DNA of 64,000 nucleotides from Minisyncoccota bacterium (GTDB lineage Bacteria; Patescibacteriota; Minisyncoccia; Phycocordibacterales; PALSA-1337), in the NCBI GenBank assembly GCA_041662725.1, contig JBAZRX010000001.1, positions 85 through 64,084 of the forward strand. Reading direction: 5' to 3'. A program made the translations under genes and the position numbers. Within the stretch, counting starts at the first letter, position 1. The number at the start of each line of letters is the position of its first letter. Positions 57,801-64,000 of this stretch are shown one piece after another. The notes under the pieces were generated by a model. The model had not been told where the DNA came from. It saw only the letters and a list, made by a program, of their open reading frames with translations, and ran no database searches.

Positions 57801-60797
57801 TTATAGAGTAGGTGTAATTTCAGGAGTAGGTTCTAAAACCGGTTCTGGAGTAGGTGTTAAAAGAGGTGTGAGTTCTGGTGTTGGAGTAAGAGTTACTTCA
57901 GGAGTAATCGTAGGTTCAGTTGGAGTAGCTGTTGGTGTTGGAAAAACTATTGGTTCTGGAGTTACGATAGGTTCTGTAGAAGTAGCGATGAACTCAGTTG
58001 AAGTGGCTACAGAAGGTGTTGAAGTTGAGGTTGGAGTTACTGTTGGAACTGGAGTCGCTTCTGGCGTAGGCGTGGATATTGGTGAAGCAATTGAAGGTGT
58101 AGGAGTTGGAGTTAATGAAGTTAAAGAGATTGTACTACTAGCGTTAATTAATAATGCTTTAATTTGGTCTTCATTAAGACAGGTCTCCCCAACACACAAC
58201 ATATCTGTTTTCACCCTCGTAAACACCCCACTCACCGCGGTAATCGTATTCATCGCAAGGTTCCCTATTGATTTGATAAGATCAAGAACAGCAGTAGCGA
58301 TCTTTTCAATAAATGACTGTGAATTGATGTAATCTGTAGTACTGGCTGTAGTGGTAGAAACAATTAAACTCCAGTTTTCAAGGTTTAAGAGACGACTATT
58401 TAAAGAAAGTGTAGTACTTCCTACATTAGTGATGAAATCATCAATTTTAGTGTTTAAGCCAGAGAATGTCAGAGCTTGTTCTTCAGCTGTAGTACTGGCT
58501 AAAGCATCTAGATTAGCTCTTAGAGTGTTTAATGATCTATTAAAGCAAGTAACACTGTTAGAACAGATGTCTCCTAAGATGTTCAGATTACCTTCTTCAT
58601 CTATGTTGAGTATAGAATCTCCTTTTTGATTCTGTAGAAAGAGAGCTTGTGGTACAGCGTCACTTAATGCTTCAGTGAATCTGAAGTTGTTGGCAAAGAT
58701 TAAGTCACCTGTGTATGTATTATCTGCTCTAAAGCCTCCTATGACTCTTATATTACCTATGATGGTAGAAGTAGCTAATGGAGTGTTTATAGTTAGAGTA
58801 CCATCGGAGTTGATTTGGAAGACGGTGGTGGTGGCAGAAGCTGTGGAGGTTGAAACAGCAAAGATTGGAGTTGTCTGGTTTGACGAACCTGCTACAGAGA
58901 GTTTGGTGTATGGAGAAGTGGTACCGATGCCGACGTTGCCTCTATCAAAAGTAAGAACATCAGGGTATGAAGTACCATTAGTCTGGTCAAATGTCCATCT
59001 AACAACACCTGCTGTAACAGATTGTTTAAGTTTCAAATTGTATGCCATATCTAATGTGTTATATCCCCACATTTGACTTACTATTTGATCACCACCATTT
59101 TTGGTATCAATATGAAGGTATGCTTGTGGTGAAGTTGTTCCAATACCAACTTTACTAGATGTAATTCTCATAACTTCACTATTGTTAGCATAAAAAGTTG
59201 GGAAATATCCTGAATGGAAAGAACCTATTCTTACCTCACCTGTTAAATTATTTCCGGTAATTCCACCAAATACAACACCGCTTGTTCCAGTCATTTTTAA
59301 TCCAATATCATCACTAGAATTTAATGGTTTTAAAGTAATTATAGGTAAGTCATCTGTAGATCCTTGAATAAACAACATGCCACTTTTTGTTCCTGTCCCT
59401 AAAGCAATAGGACCACCAAATGAACTTGTAGTTGTTCCTGCTGTGTAGATGGCGTAATTTTTTGTTGTACCCTTAGATAATTGAGGTATATAAACTCCGT
59501 AGTTATTCACAACAGTTCCACTACCTGTTGGATCAGCAGAGTAGGAACCATACATATTTGTTACTGTTCCATAATTAACCGATGGAACATTCACAAAACC
59601 ATACATTGTATCCATTGTTCCAGACGAACTGTAATTTGCTCCATTTTGAAAAGCAGCATAGTGTCCATAGTCAGCAACACCTCCGACAAATATTCTTCCA
59701 TCAAAAGAGTTATAAGAAATTGTACCGCTTCTGACTACATATGAACTATCAGAAAAAGCATGCCCATTTCCACTAACAGAATCATTAACTGATCTACTGA
59801 TTAGTATTTGTGAATCAACACTGTTATTATTTACTCCACTACCCACATGTAATATCGCTAGCGGATTCACTGTCCCAATCCCGACATTTCCAGCAGAAGT
59901 AATTGCCAAAGCCCTATAACTTGCATTTGTGGCTAAAGCATCAGAAGTAGTACCGATATAAAATTGACCGGAATTAGATTCTATAAACCAATGTTTTTGA
60001 TTAGTTGAAGCATCTGTATCAGAAAGTGTAATCTTTGGCGCTGTAGCTCCGGCAACTTGAAGGAGTGAAGTTGGGCTCGTCGTCCCCACCCCCACATTCC
60101 CTCCTCCTGTCGCTAAATAAGTAGAACCTGTTGTGGTTAGTTGAGTAGTTGAAGCATATCCAAGAGTTGTAAGTCCTGTCACATTCAAAGTAGATGAGAA
60201 AACACCTGTCGTTCCAGAGAATGAAGAGCTAGTGATAGCAGAACCAGAGATGTCACCTCCTGTAATAGATGGGCTAGTTATGGCACCATTGTTTGACACA
60301 GAAGAAACTGAAGCACCTGCGCTTCTAGCACTGCTATCTGCTTGTCTAGAGATACGGTCATATATAGCTTGCAGATCTGAAGAAGAGACATTCGCTGTTA
60401 GATTAGACTTAACAGTGTTTAACTGTGATTGAAGTGCTTGTACTTTAGCTTGAAGGTTAGCTAACAGTTGTTGATTATTTGATGTTGATTGTTGAGCAGG
60501 TGTTGTTTGTTCTACAGATGATGTTGGTGAATCTACATTATTGGTAGGATAATCGTTATCAAGTGTTTTGGTAGTTTGAACAGTATTATCTATATTACTG
60601 TTCTCTAATAACTCTGTTGGTGCTTCTGGTGTTTCTTCTACAGGACAAGTGAATACTAAACACTTAACACTATTCCAGATGCTAGCTAGAAGACTAAGGG
60701 GATTGTAATTAAAGGACGCTTCAGAGAATGAAGGTAGAACAAGAATAGCTACTATAAGTACGATTAAGATTCGCTTGCTGTAGGTGTTTAAATTCAT
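57801..60797 (-). CDS. Large secreted fibre/adhesin-like protein with GNVGIGTT(S)P repeats and P/T-rich C-terminus
   Basis: Signal peptide, coiled coil, at least 4 G(N/K)VG(I/V)GT repeats, LCVGETC motif, TPTP tail. Confidence 0.75.
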   Translation of the reverse strand: MNLNTYSKRILIVLIVAILVLPSFSEASFNYNPLSLLASIWNSVKCLVFTCPVEETPEAPTELLENSNIDNTVQTTKTLDNDYPTNNVDSPTSSVEQTTPAQQSTSNNQQLLANLQAKVQALQSQLNTVKSNLTANVSSSDLQAIYDRISRQADSSARSAGASVSSVSNNGAITSPSITGGDISGSAITSSSFSGTTGVFSSTLNVTGLTTLGYASTTQLTTTGSTYLATGGGNVGVGTTSPTSLLQVAGATAPKITLSDTDASTNQKHWFIESNSGQFYIGTTSDALATNASYRALAITSAGNVGIGTVNPLAILHVGSGVNNNSVDSQILISRSVNDSVSGNGHAFSDSSYVVRSGTISYNSFDGRIFVGGVADYGHYAAFQNGANYSSSGTMDTMYGFVNVPSVNYGTVTNMYGSYSADPTGSGTVVNNYGVYIPQLSKGTTKNYAIYTAGTTTSSFGGPIALGTGTKSGMLFIQGSTDDLPIITLKPLNSSDDIGLKMTGTSGVVFGGITGNNLTGEVRIGSFHSGYFPTFYANNSEVMRITSSKVGIGTTSPQAYLHIDTKNGGDQIVSQMWGYNTLDMAYNLKLKQSVTAGVVRWTFDQTNGTSYPDVLTFDRGNVGIGTTSPYTKLSVAGSSNQTTPIFAVSTSTASATTTVFQINSDGTLTINTPLATSTIIGNIRVIGGFRADNTYTGDLIFANNFRFTEALSDAVPQALFLQNQKGDSILNIDEEGNLNILGDICSNSVTCFNRSLNTLRANLDALASTTAEEQALTFSGLNTKIDDFITNVGSTTLSLNSRLLNLENWSLIVSTTTASTTDYINSQSFIEKIATAVLDLIKSIGNLAMNTITAVSGVFTRVKTDMLCVGETCLNEDQIKALLINASSTISLTSLTPTPTPSIASPISTPTPEATPVPTVTPTSTSTPSVATSTEFIATSTEPIVTPEPIVFPTPTATPTEPTITPEVTLTPTPELTPLLTPTPEPVLEPTPEITPTL

Positions 60798-60998
60798 GTG
60801 TAAGATAAGGAATCCAGAGTTAAAAAACGCAGGGATTACTTGGTTGTAATTATATCAGAATTTATGAGGGGGGGGAAAAAATAGAGGGTGGGGATAACTA
60901 CTCTGGCTTAGGCTCTTATTGATTATTATTAGATATACCTAATACTACCCAATACTACCCAATTATACAAATGAGTCTTCTTCTACCCATGGGGATAA

Positions 60999-62321
60999 CT
61001 ACTCATTCTTAATATTTATCTCAATCCTAGATACATTTTTCGGTACTTTAGCCCACATAGGCAAAAGTTCTCCGGTAGCGGATTCAATAACAGAACTGTA
61101 GGTTCTAAAGACACTTTCTGTTTCTATTAGTGAAATACCAGCTAATTTACCCTTTATTTCTTCAATTGGTACTATACCAATAAGTTTTACATTACCCTTT
61201 GCATGAATTACTAAAGAAGTTTTTTTATCAGGTGAAAAGTCTTTAATATTATTGATCACCACGTCTAACGATTCCAAACCTGGAGCTGTATAAGAAAATG
61301 GTTCAAACAAAGATGTTGCACTACTACCAGCAAGAGCATCTATAAGAGCTTTCCTTGGAAATAAAATAGCATAGATCGTACCCTGTTCAGATACAGTAGC
61401 AGTCCCTGGTTTACCATCACCTGTCATAGGAACTCCAAATGTCGTTATGTAATTGGAATCATACATAATATATTCTTCTGGAATTTGTGACTTCACTTGC
61501 GACAATAGAGAAGTTGTCAGATTTGTTTTCAAAGCCGCAGTTGTTGAAGCCATAAGAGCTGGATTTATAATTTTCTTTGTACCAGAAAATCCACCTGCAA
61601 TATCTGTTAGGAGACGAGCGTAAACAGAATCGTATTTGACTGAACCTTTGTAAGCAACTATTTTTAAATCTCCAACTATACCCAACTTGGAAATATTATA
61701 ATTCTGTCCAGGTTGATCCGCGATAATACTTACATTAATTTTTCCTGCCACAATAGTACCAGTCGTTGACTTCGTATATCCTGGTACCACTATAGAACTA
61801 GTTAATTTATATAAAAGATTATTATCTCCAGACAAACGTGTACCAGCAATAAGTCGTATAGGTTGTGCACTAAAATTATTATATACAGTTACCTTACCTG
61901 TAGATTTTGTATTGGTTGTCGCACCGTTTGTAGCCGCTACTGTTGTTGATGCTGTGGCACGTATAGTCACAAGCTTATAAGGTATAATGCCATTTTTTGA
62001 TACTTTTTCTGATGAAGCTTCTGCTATATAAGGCTTTGTACCATTTATAACAATAGGTACTACCTTAGGAACTATAGTGAATATAGCTTTAGAATAAAGT
62101 GTTGAAGCGAAATATCCAGCAATTGCAATAATTACAAAAATTCCCAAAGTAACTGCCAACCACTTGAAATGACGACTCTTCTCACGACGTTGTGGTGGCG
62201 GAGGAGGAGTTATAGGCATACGCTTTAAAGGTTCTTTTACACGACGAACATGTATATCACGAGTTACGTCATGTATTTCACGATGATTTGCAGGAACTAT
62301 ATCTTCAACTCTTCTTGGCAT
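60999..62321 (-). CDS. Membrane-anchored CPR conserved protein with baseplate-J-like domain
   Basis: Single TM; G.VTVYN...Q.IRLIAGTRL.......Y.L...IVVPG......G.INV...ADQPG..YNI. Confidence 0.55.
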   Translation of the reverse strand: MPRRVEDIVPANHREIHDVTRDIHVRRVKEPLKRMPITPPPPPQRREKSRHFKWLAVTLGIFVIIAIAGYFASTLYSKAIFTIVPKVVPIVINGTKPYIAEASSEKVSKNGIIPYKLVTIRATASTTVAATNGATTNTKSTGKVTVYNNFSAQPIRLIAGTRLSGDNNLLYKLTSSIVVPGYTKSTTGTIVAGKINVSIIADQPGQNYNISKLGIVGDLKIVAYKGSVKYDSVYARLLTDIAGGFSGTKKIINPALMASTTAALKTNLTTSLLSQVKSQIPEEYIMYDSNYITTFGVPMTGDGKPGTATVSEQGTIYAILFPRKALIDALAGSSATSLFEPFSYTAPGLESLDVVINNIKDFSPDKKTSLVIHAKGNVKLIGIVPIEEIKGKLAGISLIETESVFRTYSSVIESATGELLPMWAKVPKNVSRIEINIKNE

Positions 62322-62349
62322 ATAGCGTAATTATAGCATTAGTGGAATA

Positions 62350-63462
62350 TTATTCCATACTGTGAATAGCAACTGGTAAAAGATTAGATTCAGAGACTAA
62401 AGTAATCTTTATTTTTGGATATGCTTTCTGAAGTATTTCTGCAAAACAATTTTCATGTGCACAAGCTAAAAGAATTATTTTGTTAAAGTTTTGAATTTTC
62501 TGTGTAGAAATTGAAAAAACTTTACTAAGTTCACCCGTCCAACCTCCAGATATATTTTCAATTGAGGAATATACTTTTTTATTTTGTACTGGATCTAGAC
62601 GACGAGCTGTGTAAAGAGTAATCATAGAATCTGTTACATGGTGATTTATTTTCGTAGAGGCAGATATTTTCCTTATGAATGTATGTGTTCCAAACGGATA
62701 TGATCCAAAAAAGACACATGCCCGATCGTTAATAATAGCCACATCAGTTAACTCACCGTGGACATGTATAATAGCGTAATTTTTATCAGTAATTAGAGAT
62801 TTTTCTGCACCAATAAATTGTAATAACAATGATGAATGGAAACGTACTTTATGTGGATTAACAATGTGTTCACAAAGAGACGCAAATCGTTCCATGGTAT
62901 GTGTCCCAACTACAGATACTGTAAATGATACATCCAGTTTACGCGCTTCTTTATTTTGCCAATCACTAATTGAGTAACCATTTAAACGTACATCAAATAT
63001 TTTTTCCTCTACAACACGAATAGGTTCAGATTGTGACGGTATCATCTTCGCTCTTTCTTTTTCAATAAGTTCTGTAATGTATTCATGAGTAATCTTTGTC
63101 TCTTTTTCAAAGGTTGTAGAAATAAGCTTTGCTTGAGAAATCATCCACGGAGAAGAAAGTGAGAAATGCACAGAAGAAATCTTCTTGGGAAGATCATTAT
63201 CTTTACTTGCTGAAGAAAGAATATGCAGATGTCTAAGCGTTGTTTCTACAGCTTCACGAATAGCTTTTTCAGTTGTTTTTATTAGATAACGACTATCGGT
63301 ATGAGGTTTCCATGGTACTGGTATAGCGCACGTAAAAATGACTTTAGGAACATTAGATTCAATCTTATCTTTTTCCATAAGAATCAATGACCCATGAACA
63401 GCGCAACTTTCTACGCCAAGCAATAAAACTAATTTTTCATTATTACCATTAGAAAAGAGCAT
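62350..63462 (-). CDS. FtsA-like actin-fold hypothetical protein (degenerate)
   Basis: N-terminal LGVES..V, IHVHGELTDV, S.PFG..T; typical partner of the downstream gene. Confidence 0.5.
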   Translation of the reverse strand: MLFSNGNNEKLVLLLGVESCAVHGSLILMEKDKIESNVPKVIFTCAIPVPWKPHTDSRYLIKTTEKAIREAVETTLRHLHILSSASKDNDLPKKISSVHFSLSSPWMISQAKLISTTFEKETKITHEYITELIEKERAKMIPSQSEPIRVVEEKIFDVRLNGYSISDWQNKEARKLDVSFTVSVVGTHTMERFASLCEHIVNPHKVRFHSSLLLQFIGAEKSLITDKNYAIIHVHGELTDVAIINDRACVFFGSYPFGTHTFIRKISASTKINHHVTDSMITLYTARRLDPVQNKKVYSSIENISGGWTGELSKVFSISTQKIQNFNKIILLACAHENCFAEILQKAYPKIKITLVSESNLLPVAIHSME

Positions 63463-63483
63463 GGGATAATTATAACACTATTT

Positions 63484-63999
63484 TTATTGCAAAACCGCTT
63501 TAATTCTTCTCACTCCTTGCGCGACAGCTTCTTCTTTTTGGATCTTAAAACGCCACTTACCTTCTGGACCAGCTAAATCTTTAGTGTTTGAAACGTGAGG
63601 ACCGCCACAGAATTCTTTGGAATAAGCGGAATCTAGATCATTACCGATAAAATAGATTGAAATCTCATCGCCATACTTATCGCCGAAGAAGTGTCGAGCG
63701 CCAGTTTTTTCTGCCTCATTCAGGGACATTACAACTTTCTGGACTGGTAAGACGGCTTGAATCTTGGAATTTACAATATCTTCAACCTTCTTTTTTTCTT
63801 CATCAGTCATTTTTGTACCGTGAGAGAAGTCGAATCTTAGACGTTCTTCGGTAATATTTGAACCTTTCTGCATGACTTCATCGCCAAATATGTCATGTAG
63901 AGCTTGATGAAGTAAGTGTGTGGCTGTGTGATATCTCACGACCATTTCATTGTCTGTACTCGCCAAACCACCTTTGAATTTTTGTTCGGCTCCAAGTCG
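63484..63999 (-). CDS. alaS: Alanine--tRNA ligase, C-terminal part (runs off the window; ends after the editing domain)
   Basis: QKFKGGLA, HTATHLL, QKGSNIT.ERLRFDF, EFCGGPHV, GVRRIKAVL. Confidence 0.93.
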   Translation of the reverse strand, partial: RLGAEQKFKGGLASTDNEMVVRYHTATHLLHQALHDIFGDEVMQKGSNITEERLRFDFSHGTKMTDEEKKKVEDIVNSKIQAVLPVQKVVMSLNEAEKTGARHFFGDKYGDEISIYFIGNDLDSAYSKEFCGGPHVSNTKDLAGPEGKWRFKIQKEEAVAQGVRRIKAVLQ

Positions 64000-64000
64000 A

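Noticed and set aside
57801-62321. Prophage tail module
   Set aside because: The proteins have signal peptides or TM anchors, and no capsid, terminase or integrase genes are nearby

Overview
AT-rich genomic segment of a Patescibacteria (CPR), most likely Parcubacteria-type, bacterium. Evidence for this call: no uL30 gene between rpsE and rplO, few SD motifs, a short AlaRS C-terminus, a split ComEC and large S/T/P-rich surface proteins. The core is the str-S10-spc ribosomal cluster (rpsL to map, minus strand, about 23.5-52.4 kb). It is broken three times by inserted genes and restarted by new promoters, and many of its spacers hold 7/8-mer periodic inverted-repeat elements. Also present: infC-rpmI-rplT, smpB-ssrA, recG, ftsH, tRNA-Ser(GCU), an unusual tRNA-Ile(UAU), rpmB, sod, comEC and the 3' end of alaS. 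Four findings stand out. (1) A thioester-intact, apparently doubly membrane-anchored alpha-2-macroglobulin whose Gly-rich bait region carries a complete Hint (intein-like) self-cleaving domain, overlapped by a secreted MEMO1-like gene; this is a candidate self-activating covalent adhesion or trap system. (2) An EF-Tu with a Planctomycete-type switch I on a CPR-like body. (3) A GC-rich gene ending in a DGR-type variable region, with no RT or TR seen in the window. (4) A shared 11-bp-period operator before both halves of comEC, whose nuclease half appears catalytically dead. All calls come from reading the sequence; no searches were run.
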